IMG/VR virus record: IMGVR_UViG_3300008107_000017
Location: 1-64,000 of that record
Origin: a virus
Length of the DNA stretch: 64,000 bases
Reading direction: 5' to 3' (one strand)
The translations under genes were made by a program, and so were the position numbers. The notes below the pieces were generated by a model. The model saw only the letters and a list, made by a program, of their open reading frames with translations, made no database searches and was not told the origin of the DNA. Of the stretch, positions 8,480-17,966 are shown one piece after another. Position 1 is the first letter of the stretch. Each line of letters opens with the position of its first letter.

Positions 8480-9886
8480 ATGCTATTAGATATTACTCAA
8501 GAAGGTAGAACCCTTCATGTTTCTTATTATAACATGAACGGTAAGACCGATTTTATGATCTATGAGTTAGGTGAACATGATATGTTTAACTGGCAGGTAT
8601 GTGATCCAAATGATAAGGATGCCAGCCAAGTTACAAAAAACTGGGATGGTCGTTCAGTAAAAAAGGTTAGATCTAAAATCTTAAATAAGTTCCGTCTTAT
8701 TGAGTATGTTGATAATCTTCCTTGGACGGATAAAAATACTATCTTTGGTTATACATTTCCTAAGACATATTTTGTCGATATCGAAGTTGAAACAACCGAT
8801 GTTTTTCCTGAACCATCTAAAGCAACAAATCCTGTTACAGCGATATGTATTGTAACACCTGAAAGGCAATGTATTGTTTTAGCAACAAAGGATTTAGATA
8901 AACCAACACAGTCAAAGATTCAAAAACAGATAGACGAACACTTTAAAGATATTAATGATGAGTTTTCATTTATCTTTAAATGTTTTAAGTCTGAATATGA
9001 TATGATGTATACATTCATGGATTCTTTCGTTAAAAAGTTTCCTATGATGACCGGTTGGAACTTCGTAAAATTTGACTGGGCATACATTATTAACCGCTGT
9101 AAAAAGTTAGGAATTGATCCAGGCATCTCATCTCCTTTAGGAAGAACCTTTGGCCAAAATGAATTCCCATGCCATGTTGGAATAATGGACTATTTAGATA
9201 TCTATGCAAAATGGGATAGGACGGTTGATATTAAAGAAGACTTTAAACTTGATACTGTAGGTGATGCTGTCGTAGGTATCAGAAAAGTTAAGTACGAGGG
9301 TACTATCCAGGATATGTATACAAAGGATTATCCTAAATACATTTTCTATAACGTAATTGATACTGCTCTTGTGTATCTTATTCATCAAAAGATTAAGACA
9401 ATGGATATCGCATTAACCATTGCTCATATGAGTCAAATCAGTATCTTTAAAGCTGCATCACCAGTAGCAATTACTGAAGCTCTTCTTTGTCGAGAATTCT
9501 TAGGTAAGAAAATGGTAATGGCCGTGGATCCTAAGGCACCTCCAACTAAACGAGAGCAGTTTGAAGGCGCCTTCGTTAAAGAACCTATAACCGGTATGCA
9601 TAATGCTGTTGCCTGTTTTGACTTTGCCTCTCTATATCCTTCTATTATGAGGGAACTAAATGTATCACCTGAAAGTTTAATTAAGAAGGTTGATCCAGAA
9701 AAACGAGAATCTGAAAAATCACCAGAAAGAATTGTATCTGTTACCGGCGCCGTTTATCAAACGGAGAAATCAATTCTTAAAGAAGTTCTTACTCGCTTAT
9801 ATTCTCAACGTAAAGAATATAAGAAAAAATCTTTTGAGTTTCAACAGAAGGCATATGAATTGGAACAGAAACAGAAAAATTCTTAA
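8480..9886 (+). CDS. Family-B DNA polymerase, N-terminal subunit (3'-5' exonuclease, motif A, first fingers helix); split gp43A-like
   Basis: ExoI DIE, ExoII GWN..FD..YI, ExoIII YNVID and motif A DFASLYPSI; the ORF ends after LYSQRKEYKK with no motif B or C. Confidence 0.9.
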   Translation: MLLDITQEGRTLHVSYYNMNGKTDFMIYELGEHDMFNWQVCDPNDKDASQVTKNWDGRSVKKVRSKILNKFRLIEYVDNLPWTDKNTIFGYTFPKTYFVDIEVETTDVFPEPSKATNPVTAICIVTPERQCIVLATKDLDKPTQSKIQKQIDEHFKDINDEFSFIFKCFKSEYDMMYTFMDSFVKKFPMMTGWNFVKFDWAYIINRCKKLGIDPGISSPLGRTFGQNEFPCHVGIMDYLDIYAKWDRTVDIKEDFKLDTVGDAVVGIRKVKYEGTIQDMYTKDYPKYIFYNVIDTALVYLIHQKIKTMDIALTIAHMSQISIFKAASPVAITEALLCREFLGKKMVMAVDPKAPPTKREQFEGAFVKEPITGMHNAVACFDFASLYPSIMRELNVSPESLIKKVDPEKRESEKSPERIVSVTGAVYQTEKSILKEVLTRLYSQRKEYKKKSFEFQQKAYELEQKQKNS

Positions 9887-9979
9887 TTGGTTAAGATTCT
9901 ATTAGAATAAATAAAAAATAACAATCCCACCTCTTATGCAACTTAGGTTGCATATTTAGTCAAATAAACAAAGAAAAAC

Positions 9980-10975
9980 ATGAGTAATTTATTCGTTGAA
10001 AGAATCCCGTATAAGCCCTTTGAGTACCCAGATTATTATTTAGAAGGCTGGCTACCACAAGCACAAGCATTTTGGCTGCATACAGAAATTCCAATGCAGG
10101 GCGATATGAAAGATTGGAACGAATTTCTATCTACATCAGAAAAGAACCTGGTAGGAAATATCCTATTAGGATTTGCTCAAACCGAATGCGCCGTTTCTGA
10201 TTATTGGACCGGAATGGTTACTAAATGGTTTCCTAAACATGAAATTAAACAAATGGCAATGATGTTTGGTTCACAGGAAACGATTCATGCAACTGCATAC
10301 TCTTATCTAAATGAAACATTAGGATTAGAGGACTTTGAAGCATTCCTACATGAACCTTCTATTGCTAATCGCTTTGAATTTTTAATGAAAACCTCGGCTG
10401 ATTATACATATGAAGATCTTCAAACTAATCCAACTGCAAGAATTGAAGTTGCCCGTTCATTGGCAATCTTCTCTGCATTTGCCGAAGGGGTTTCGCTATA
10501 TAGTTCATTTGCTGTTCTCTATTCATTTCAATTAAGAAATTTACTCAAGGGAATTGGACAACAAATGAAATGGTCTGTTAGAGACGAATCACTTCATTCT
10601 AAAATGGGTTGCCGATTATTCCGCCATATGTGTGAGGAGTACCCAGAACTAAAAGAACTTGTACAATTTACCGTTGAAGAAGCTGCAACTTTAATGGTTG
10701 AAATGGAACATAAGTATATTGATAAGATTTTTGAACAGGGAGATTTGGAAAATCTTAAAGCACATGATCTTAAGAACTTTATATACCGTAGAGCTAATGA
10801 AAAATTAGAGGAATTAGGTTATCTTCCTATCTTTAATTATGAGAGTAAAAGTGCTGATAATTTAGACTGGTTCTATCATTTAACCGGCGGACATACACAC
10901 ACCGACTTTTTTGCAATTAGGCCAACTGATTATGCAAAGGCAAGTGAAGGTGATGATTGGGAAAACATTTGGTAA
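9980..10975 (+). CDS. nrdB: Ribonucleotide reductase class Ia beta subunit
   Basis: ETIHATAY, EGVSLYSSF, RDESLH and DFFA..PTDY motifs. Confidence 0.95.
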   Translation: MSNLFVERIPYKPFEYPDYYLEGWLPQAQAFWLHTEIPMQGDMKDWNEFLSTSEKNLVGNILLGFAQTECAVSDYWTGMVTKWFPKHEIKQMAMMFGSQETIHATAYSYLNETLGLEDFEAFLHEPSIANRFEFLMKTSADYTYEDLQTNPTARIEVARSLAIFSAFAEGVSLYSSFAVLYSFQLRNLLKGIGQQMKWSVRDESLHSKMGCRLFRHMCEEYPELKELVQFTVEEAATLMVEMEHKYIDKIFEQGDLENLKAHDLKNFIYRRANEKLEELGYLPIFNYESKSADNLDWFYHLTGGHTHTDFFAIRPTDYAKASEGDDWENIW

Positions 10976-10985
10976 TTTATAATTT

Positions 10986-12767
10986 ATGACAGAAGTAGAA
11001 AAAATAGCTCAAGAGCTTAACTGGGAAAAAGGTACTGACTATCCAGATTGGGGTCATACTGAGGTTTATTTAAAGACAATATCAAAAGGATATTGCTTGG
11101 CACACGAGACTCCTCGTGATGCATATTGGAGAGTTTCAACAGTTGTTGCAAATCGTTTAAAGAAACCTGAACTTGCAAAGAAATTCTTTGACTACGTTTG
11201 GAAAGGCTGGCTTAATCTTGCAACACCAGTATTAAGTAATACGGGTACTGAACGAGGTCTTCCTATTAGTTGTTTTGGTATTGATGTAGGAGATTCAATT
11301 CAAGAAATAGGTCAAAAGAATCTTGAATTAATGTTATTAGCAAAGCATGGTGGTGGGGTTGGAATTTGTCATAATCAGATTAGACCCGCAGGTTCTCCTA
11401 TTACCGATAATGGTACAAGTGATGGTGTAGTCCCTTTCATTAAGATTAATGATTCAACTATTCTTGCAACTAATCAAGGCGCTGTTAGAAGAGGAGCATC
11501 CAGTACAAATATTAATATTGAACATGCCGATTTTTGGGAATGGTTAGAAATTAGAGAACCTAAAGGTGATATTAATCGCCAATGCTTAAATATGAATCAA
11601 TGTGTTGTTGTTAGCGATAAGTTTATGAGAATGGTTGAGGAAGGGGATACTGAATCCCGCCGTCGTTATGCAGCCGTTCTTCAAAAAAGAAGGCAGACTG
11701 GTCAACCTTACATAATGTATCGTGGTAATGTTAATAAACAAAACCCAGATTCATATAAGAAAAATGGACTTAAAGTATTTATGACAAATATTTGCTCAGA
11801 GATTACTTTATTCACCGATGAGAATCATTCATTCGTATGCTGCCTATCTTCTCTTAACCTTGCTAAATATAATGAATGGAAAGATACTGATCTTATCTAT
11901 GATTCTATTTGGTTCTTAGATGGTGTCTTGGAAGAATTTATTCAAAAGGCAAAAGGTATGCGTGGTTTTGAAAACTCTGTTAGAACAGCAGAGAAAGGTA
12001 GAGCGTTAGGATTAGGTGTATTAGGTTGGCATACATATTTACAACAGAGAGGAGTATCATTTGAAGGCCTCCAGGCTCAGTTTGAAACGCGTAAAATCTT
12101 TTCACAAATTAGAATTGAAAGTGAACGTGCTAGCCGTGCATTAGCTGAAGCATACGGTGAACCTTTATGGTGTAGAGATACTGGTTTTAGAAATACTCAC
12201 TTAAGAGCAATTGCTCCAACCGTATCTAATTCAAAATTGGCAGGTGGTGTTTCTGCTGGTATTGAACCTATTCCTGCTAATATTTGGACTGACCAATCCG
12301 CCAAAGGTACCTTTATTAGAAAGAACCCAGTTCTTGAAGAGTACTTTGAGAGAATAGGTCATAACAATAAAAAGGTATGGGATAAAGTACTTGCCGATGG
12401 CGGTTCTGTACAGGATCTAAAGTTTTTAGATGAATGGTGTTTTGTTAAAGGCGAACTAACCAAGGTTAAGGAGGTTCCACAATTTGAAGAAGCCACACCA
12501 TTTAAGGATGTGTTCAAAACATTTAAAGAAATTAACCAATTAGAATTGGTAAAGCAAGCAGGAATTCGCCAACAGTACATTGATCAATCTGTATCACTTA
12601 ATCTTGCCTTCCCTAAAGAAGCTACACCAAAGTGGATTAATCAGGTCCACATGGAAGCATGGAAGCTAGGTATTAAGACACTTTATTATATGAGAACGGA
12701 ATCGGTTCTTCGTGGAGATATTGCTGCTAAAGCAATGGATCCGGACTGTCTATCATGCGATGGATAA
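10986..12767 (+). CDS. nrdA: Ribonucleotide reductase class Ia alpha subunit (short, no ATP cone)
   Basis: PISCF, GGGVG, TNICSEI, CCLSSLN, APTVSNS, DQSVSLN, KTLYY and C-terminal CLSCDG. Confidence 0.95.
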   Translation: MTEVEKIAQELNWEKGTDYPDWGHTEVYLKTISKGYCLAHETPRDAYWRVSTVVANRLKKPELAKKFFDYVWKGWLNLATPVLSNTGTERGLPISCFGIDVGDSIQEIGQKNLELMLLAKHGGGVGICHNQIRPAGSPITDNGTSDGVVPFIKINDSTILATNQGAVRRGASSTNINIEHADFWEWLEIREPKGDINRQCLNMNQCVVVSDKFMRMVEEGDTESRRRYAAVLQKRRQTGQPYIMYRGNVNKQNPDSYKKNGLKVFMTNICSEITLFTDENHSFVCCLSSLNLAKYNEWKDTDLIYDSIWFLDGVLEEFIQKAKGMRGFENSVRTAEKGRALGLGVLGWHTYLQQRGVSFEGLQAQFETRKIFSQIRIESERASRALAEAYGEPLWCRDTGFRNTHLRAIAPTVSNSKLAGGVSAGIEPIPANIWTDQSAKGTFIRKNPVLEEYFERIGHNNKKVWDKVLADGGSVQDLKFLDEWCFVKGELTKVKEVPQFEEATPFKDVFKTFKEINQLELVKQAGIRQQYIDQSVSLNLAFPKEATPKWINQVHMEAWKLGIKTLYYMRTESVLRGDIAAKAMDPDCLSCDG

Positions 12768-12777
12768 ATTATAAGTT

Positions 12778-13518
12778 ATGAAAAAATACATTTTAGGGCC
12801 TTGCTCATTAGAGAGTCAAGAAATTTGTAAACAAGTATTAGATGATCTTTATCCTGCTATGCAGGGTAAAGATTGGTACTTTAAAGGTTCTTTTGATAAA
12901 GCAAATAGAACATCGGTATATTCAAACAGAGGACCTGGATTAGAAGAAGGTCGTGAGATCTTTGCATGGATAAAAAATACATATCCAGGTGTTAAGACAT
13001 TAACTGATATTCATGAACCTTGGCAGGCTAAAGAGCTTCATCATTTAATTGATATGATACAAATTCCTGCATTTCTTTGTAGGCAAACAGATCTTATTAT
13101 TGAATGTGCAAAATGGTTTAATGAAATTAATGTTAAGAAAGGTCAGTGGCTTGCACCTGAGGCAATGGAACATGTTGTAAATAAGATAAGAGAAGTAAAT
13201 CCTAAAGCTAGAGTTTACATAACCGAAAGAGGAACTTCATTTGGTTATAGTGGTTTATTACCTGACTTTAGGGCCGTGGATATTCTTAAATCATTTTCTG
13301 ATGGTGTAATACTTGACTGTACTCATTCAACACAAAAGCCAAAGGGTGATACTACAGGCGGTGATAGAGAACTTGCTAAGAAGTATGCTCTTGCTGCAAA
13401 AATCTTTGAATACGACGGTGTCTTTATCGAAACTCACCCAAATCCAACTAAAGCAATATCTGATGCTGATAGCCAAGTTGAACTAGGATGGTTGTTGTCA
13501 CGGATAAATAATATATGA
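12778..13518 (+). CDS. kdsA: KDO-8-phosphate synthase
   Basis: GPCSLES, SFDKANRTS, QIPAFLCRQTDL, KKGQ, ERG..FGY, DCTHSTQ, ETHPNP..A.SD. Confidence 0.92.
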   Translation: MKKYILGPCSLESQEICKQVLDDLYPAMQGKDWYFKGSFDKANRTSVYSNRGPGLEEGREIFAWIKNTYPGVKTLTDIHEPWQAKELHHLIDMIQIPAFLCRQTDLIIECAKWFNEINVKKGQWLAPEAMEHVVNKIREVNPKARVYITERGTSFGYSGLLPDFRAVDILKSFSDGVILDCTHSTQKPKGDTTGGDRELAKKYALAAKIFEYDGVFIETHPNPTKAISDADSQVELGWLLSRINNI

Positions 13519-14009
13519 TAACTAAAAAATCTGCTGGTCTTGCAATAATTTATAAAGGTATGATTCTGCTAGGTCATACTACAGGCCGTGGGTGGTGGTC
13601 ATCGTATGGTATTCCTAAAGGTGGAATAGAAGAAGGTGAAGATAAATTATCGGCTGCAATCAGAGAAACATATGAAGAAGTTGGAATCAAAGTTCCTCTT
13701 TCTTTAATTGATACTACCGAACATACATTTACCTTAACATCAAGAGAGCATAAGTTTAATAAGATAGTTTCTTATTACATTGTTAAAATTGATGATCTTT
13801 CACAAATAGGTCTTAAAGATATTAAAGTACCTAAGTCTCAATTACAAGTTGAAGAAATAGACTGGGCCGGTTTTTTACCTTATAAGGAAGCCATGAAGAG
13901 AGTAATGAAATCTCAAGTGAGCTTAATAACCAACTTAATGGGAAAGGGACTACTTGAATCTAATCTATTATCATATGAGCAATTTATTAAATCAACCAAT
14001 AAATTATAA
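13515..14009 (+). CDS. NUDIX hydrolase
   Basis: Nudix box PKGGIEEGEDKLSAAIRETYEEVG. Confidence 0.88.
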   Translation: MITKKSAGLAIIYKGMILLGHTTGRGWWSSYGIPKGGIEEGEDKLSAAIRETYEEVGIKVPLSLIDTTEHTFTLTSREHKFNKIVSYYIVKIDDLSQIGLKDIKVPKSQLQVEEIDWAGFLPYKEAMKRVMKSQVSLITNLMGKGLLESNLLSYEQFIKSTNKL

Positions 14010-15057
14010 TGATCTACTTGGTCGTGATCCAATTCAGACCGATTTAGATAATATTGAAAAATTTATAAAGGGGAAGAGAGTTCTTGTAACTGGTGGGTGT
14101 GGATCAATAGGTAGTGAAATTGTTAGACAGCTTGTTAAATTTAAAGCTTCAACTATTATCGTATATGATAATGCCGAAACTCCTCTTTTTTATCTTGAAC
14201 AGGAAATTTCCAAAATAGCCAAAGATGTTCATATTCGTTATGTAATTGGCGATGTTAGGGATAAGGGAAGACTTGAGGAAATATTTGAAAGCTTTAAACC
14301 TAATGTAGTCTTTCATGCATCTGCATATAAGCATGTTCCTATGATGGAAAGAAATCCTATTGAAGCAATTAAAACAAATGTTTTAGGAACAAAGAATGTT
14401 GCAGACACTGCTTATTATCATAATGTTGAAAAGTTTGTAATGGTTTCAACTGATAAGGCAGTTAACCCAACTAACATTATGGGTGCAACGAAAAGAATTG
14501 CTGAAATCTATACACAATTCTTAAATGAAAAATCTAATACTTCATTCATTACAACTAGATTTGGTAATGTATTAGGATCTCGTGGATCTGTTATACCTAC
14601 CTTTGTTGAACAGATAAATGCAGGAGGTCCGGTGGAAGTAACACATGAAGAAGTTATTCGTTACTTTATGACAATCCCCGAAGCATGTCAGCTTGTATTA
14701 CAGGCATCTTCAATAGGTAAAGGCGGTGAAATCTTTATCTTTGATATGGGAGAACCTGTAAAGATTATGGATCTTGCAAAAAACTTAATTAAGTTATTAA
14801 ACAAACCTGAAATTCCAATTAAAATAATTGGATTAAGACCAGGAGAAAAACTATATGAAGAGCTTTTATGTAATGGTGAAAATCAAATACCAACAGATGA
14901 TCCAAATATAATGAAGCTTAAACACACTGATATTGACTTTAAAAGAGTTATGCCAGATATTGAAAGACTTGCAAAATTAAGAGATAATGATTTTTATAGA
15001 ATTATTTCACTTGTTAAAAACGTGGTACCAGAATTCAAAAGAGAAACTGAATTATGA
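13975..15057 (+). CDS. UDP-GlcNAc 4,6-dehydratase (PglF/CapD catalytic domain)
   Basis: LLGR, VTGGCGSIGSE, HASAYKHVP, STDKAVNP..MGATKR, RFGNVLGSRGSV, GLRPGEKLYEEL. Confidence 0.9.
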   Translation: MSNLLNQPINYNDLLGRDPIQTDLDNIEKFIKGKRVLVTGGCGSIGSEIVRQLVKFKASTIIVYDNAETPLFYLEQEISKIAKDVHIRYVIGDVRDKGRLEEIFESFKPNVVFHASAYKHVPMMERNPIEAIKTNVLGTKNVADTAYYHNVEKFVMVSTDKAVNPTNIMGATKRIAEIYTQFLNEKSNTSFITTRFGNVLGSRGSVIPTFVEQINAGGPVEVTHEEVIRYFMTIPEACQLVLQASSIGKGGEIFIFDMGEPVKIMDLAKNLIKLLNKPEIPIKIIGLRPGEKLYEELLCNGENQIPTDDPNIMKLKHTDIDFKRVMPDIERLAKLRDNDFYRIISLVKNVVPEFKRETEL

Positions 15058-15587
15058 TAAACATATACGGAAAAGGTGGGCATGCAAAAATGATTGCTTC
15101 ATTGCTTAATGAATCATATACATTTTATAATGATGCTGATTATACCAGAGCGGGAGATCACCCTTGGATAATTGCAATAGGTGATAATAGATCAAGGAAA
15201 TTTGTGGCTAATATTAATCTTAAGGATGTTGACTACATAACAGTAGATCAAGGAGTTTATGTTGCTGCAGAATATGTTGGCGTTGGTGTTCAAATTGCAC
15301 CAGGTGCTGTCATCCAAAATGGTGTAATTATTAAGGATCATACAATCATAAATACATCTGCATCGGTTGATCACGACTGTATTATTGGAGAATATTGCCA
15401 CATTGCACCAAACAGTACATTATGTGGAGCGGTTGAAATAGGAGATGGTACTCTTATCGGAGCAGGATCTGTTATTTTACCTGGGATAAAAATAGGTAAG
15501 AATTGTATAATTGGCGCTGGTAGTGTTGTAACTAAAAACATCCCGGATAACTCTAAAGCATTTGGAAATCCGGCAAAAATAAAATAG
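15054..15587 (+). CDS. Sugar N/O-acetyltransferase (PglD/NeuD family)
   Basis: YGKGGHA, AIGDN..R, INT.A.VDHDC, hexapeptide repeats, GNPAK. Confidence 0.88.
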   Translation: MINIYGKGGHAKMIASLLNESYTFYNDADYTRAGDHPWIIAIGDNRSRKFVANINLKDVDYITVDQGVYVAAEYVGVGVQIAPGAVIQNGVIIKDHTIINTSASVDHDCIIGEYCHIAPNSTLCGAVEIGDGTLIGAGSVILPGIKIGKNCIIGAGSVVTKNIPDNSKAFGNPAKIK

Positions 15588-15588
15588 T

Positions 15589-16695
15589 ATGAAAAGAATT
15601 TATCTTTCTCCTCCTCATATGTCAGGTAAAGAGTTGGGGTATATTAAAGAAGTATTTGATCAAAATTGGATTGCCCCAATAGGACCTCATTTGACAAGAT
15701 TTGAAGAAATCACTAAAGAATATACCGGAGCAAAATATGCAGTGGCTGTTACATCAGCAACCGCAGGTTTGCATCTTGCCTTAAAGGCTGTTGGTGTAGA
15801 AGAAGGTGATTATGTAATCTGCTCAACATTAACATTTGCAGGTACGGTTAATCCTATTAAGTATATGGGAGCAAATCCAGTTTACATTGATAGTGAACCT
15901 ACATTTTGGAATCTGGATCCTATTTTATTAGAAGGTGCAATACTTAATTTACCAAAGAAACCAAAAGCAATTATTCCTGTGCATTTATTTGGTGTACCTT
16001 GTGAAATGGATGCTATAAGAAAAATTGCAAACGAGTATGATATTCCTATTATTGAGGATGCTGCAGAAAGTCTAGGATCAACTTTCAATGGAAAACATAC
16101 CGGTACTTTTGGTGACATTGGCGTCTATTCTTATAATGGAAATAAACTTCTTACGACATCAGGTGGTGGTATGATAGTAACTGATAATGAAGAGTATGCA
16201 ACCTATATGAGATATCTTTCTACGCAAGCAAAAGATCCTCTTCCCTATTATTGGCATACAGAGGTTGGTTATAATTACAGATTAAGTAATGTTCTTGCTG
16301 CTATCGGTATAGGCCAAATGGAAGTTATTGAAGATCGCATTAAGAGAACTCGTGAAATTAATGAAATCTATAGAAAAGAGGTTGGAGAATTCTTTTTAGG
16401 ATTCCAATCAGAAAGACCTAATGATAGATCAAACATGTGGTTAACATGTGCAGTATTGCCAATTGAATACAAACCAGAAGATCTTATTGAACACTTAGAA
16501 AAATCAAATATTGAATCTAGAAGAATCTGGTGTCCAATGCATCAACAGCCTGCATATACACCGGCTCATAAATATATAAATGGAACATCTGATATTCTAT
16601 TTCAATACGGTATTTGTTTACCTTCAGGAACTAGTATGACAGATGAAGAACTTTATAAAGTTATAGAAGAAATAAAAAAATTCTTTAGGAAATGA
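15589..16695 (+). CDS. PLP-dependent sugar aminotransferase (PglE/DegT family)
   Basis: LSPPHM, IIEDAAESLG, SYNGNKLLTTSGGG, GYNYRLSN, CLPSG. Confidence 0.9.
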   Translation: MKRIYLSPPHMSGKELGYIKEVFDQNWIAPIGPHLTRFEEITKEYTGAKYAVAVTSATAGLHLALKAVGVEEGDYVICSTLTFAGTVNPIKYMGANPVYIDSEPTFWNLDPILLEGAILNLPKKPKAIIPVHLFGVPCEMDAIRKIANEYDIPIIEDAAESLGSTFNGKHTGTFGDIGVYSYNGNKLLTTSGGGMIVTDNEEYATYMRYLSTQAKDPLPYYWHTEVGYNYRLSNVLAAIGIGQMEVIEDRIKRTREINEIYRKEVGEFFLGFQSERPNDRSNMWLTCAVLPIEYKPEDLIEHLEKSNIESRRIWCPMHQQPAYTPAHKYINGTSDILFQYGICLPSGTSMTDEELYKVIEEIKKFFRK

Positions 16696-17591
16696 AATTA
16701 ATTTCATATGATGATTTTCTGCTAATTGAAAATTACATTGGTCCTAACTTCGAGGTTTTACTTGAAAAAAATCTAACCAGTGAAATTGACAAAAAGATTA
16801 AGTTTGGTATAGTAATGCCAACTCATAAAATAGCAGATGGTGGTGCTCAGGCCGGCAGACAAAAGTTTATGGATACACCATCTTTATTAAGAGATTCATT
16901 AGGTTGTATAAAGGATCAAAAGTATGACAATTATGTAGTCTATCTTGTTGGAGATTCATACGACGGCGATGATGAAATTAAGGAAGTCATGGAAGAAATT
17001 ATTCCTAAAGGAAAACTTAAGTATCATAATCTATCTACGCCCGGTGAAAGAAATAAAGGATTTTCAAAAGAACAATTTAGGTTTACTGCAGGATGCGGTG
17101 CAATGAATAAGGGGTTACAGATGGCTAAGTCTGATGGTATTGATTATATTGTTAGAATTGATCATGATGATAAATGGACGCCTGATCACTTAGAACTTTT
17201 GGCTAAAGCATATACACAGTATCCTGAACTTGCATATGTATTCACAAGAAGTCGTAAAAAGGTAGACGCAACAAATTCTTCTAAGAAGTATATGTATCAA
17301 CCTAATGATGATAGACACACCGGTACAATTGAACCTAATAATTTAGGCTATACCCATGGTGATGTTAGCCACTCTGCGGTATCATGGAGACCTAGTATGA
17401 TAGGTGATCCTAGATATCGTGACGCTGAAGAACAATCAAAAACTGAACCTAAAATTCCTATGACTAAAACGGCACCTGCTGATGTTGATATGTTTAGCAG
17501 AATGATGAAAATTATCAAGGATAAAGGGCATAAGTATATGTACATACCTAGATTGACCAGCTTTTATCGTAACCGCAAAGGAAAGTTCTAA
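16692..17591 (+). CDS. GT2/GT-A glycosyltransferase with N-terminal extension
   Basis: IVMPTH, MNKGL, RIDHDDKW..DHL (DxD motif). Confidence 0.78.
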   Translation: MKLISYDDFLLIENYIGPNFEVLLEKNLTSEIDKKIKFGIVMPTHKIADGGAQAGRQKFMDTPSLLRDSLGCIKDQKYDNYVVYLVGDSYDGDDEIKEVMEEIIPKGKLKYHNLSTPGERNKGFSKEQFRFTAGCGAMNKGLQMAKSDGIDYIVRIDHDDKWTPDHLELLAKAYTQYPELAYVFTRSRKKVDATNSSKKYMYQPNDDRHTGTIEPNNLGYTHGDVSHSAVSWRPSMIGDPRYRDAEEQSKTEPKIPMTKTAPADVDMFSRMMKIIKDKGHKYMYIPRLTSFYRNRKGKF

Positions 17592-17648
17592 ACAGAAAAA
17601 CTACTTATAGGGTGAATATATAAACTATAAATAATAAAAACAACAATT

Positions 17649-17825
17649 ATGGAAAAATTTAATGAAATTAAAGCAATCATCGAATCAGTATCTGATGATG
17701 TAGAAAAATTCTATGTAAAAGGAAATAAGGCTGCTGCCGTAAGAATTCGTAAAGCTATGCAGGATATCAAAAATCTTTCGCAAGAGTTAAGAGTTCACGT
17801 ACAGGAGACTAAGAATAATCTTTAA
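17649..17825 (+). CDS. Histone H1-like small basic protein (Hc1 family, Bacteroidota type), 58 aa (not in the ORF track)
   Basis: MEKFNEIKAIIESVSDDVEKFYVKGNKAAAVRIRKAMQDIKNLSQELRVHVQETKNNL carries the GNKAA..R.RK signature; has its own promoter-like GAATATATA and terminator. Confidence 0.8.
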   Translation: MEKFNEIKAIIESVSDDVEKFYVKGNKAAAVRIRKAMQDIKNLSQELRVHVQETKNNL

Positions 17826-17865
17826 TCGTTTTAGCGCCTATTAAGTTAGGCGCATCCTTGATCCG

Positions 17866-17899
17866 AGAAGGGGCCATCGAAAGATGGTCCTTTTCTTTT
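17866..17899 (+). terminator. Intrinsic terminator
   Basis: agaaggggccatc-gaaa-gatggtccttttct followed by Ts. Confidence 0.8.
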
Positions 17900-17966
17900 A
17901 TAAAAAGTCCTATTTGCTTAAAACCTTTTTCAATATCTTTGTATAATAATAAATTCAAAGATAGCA

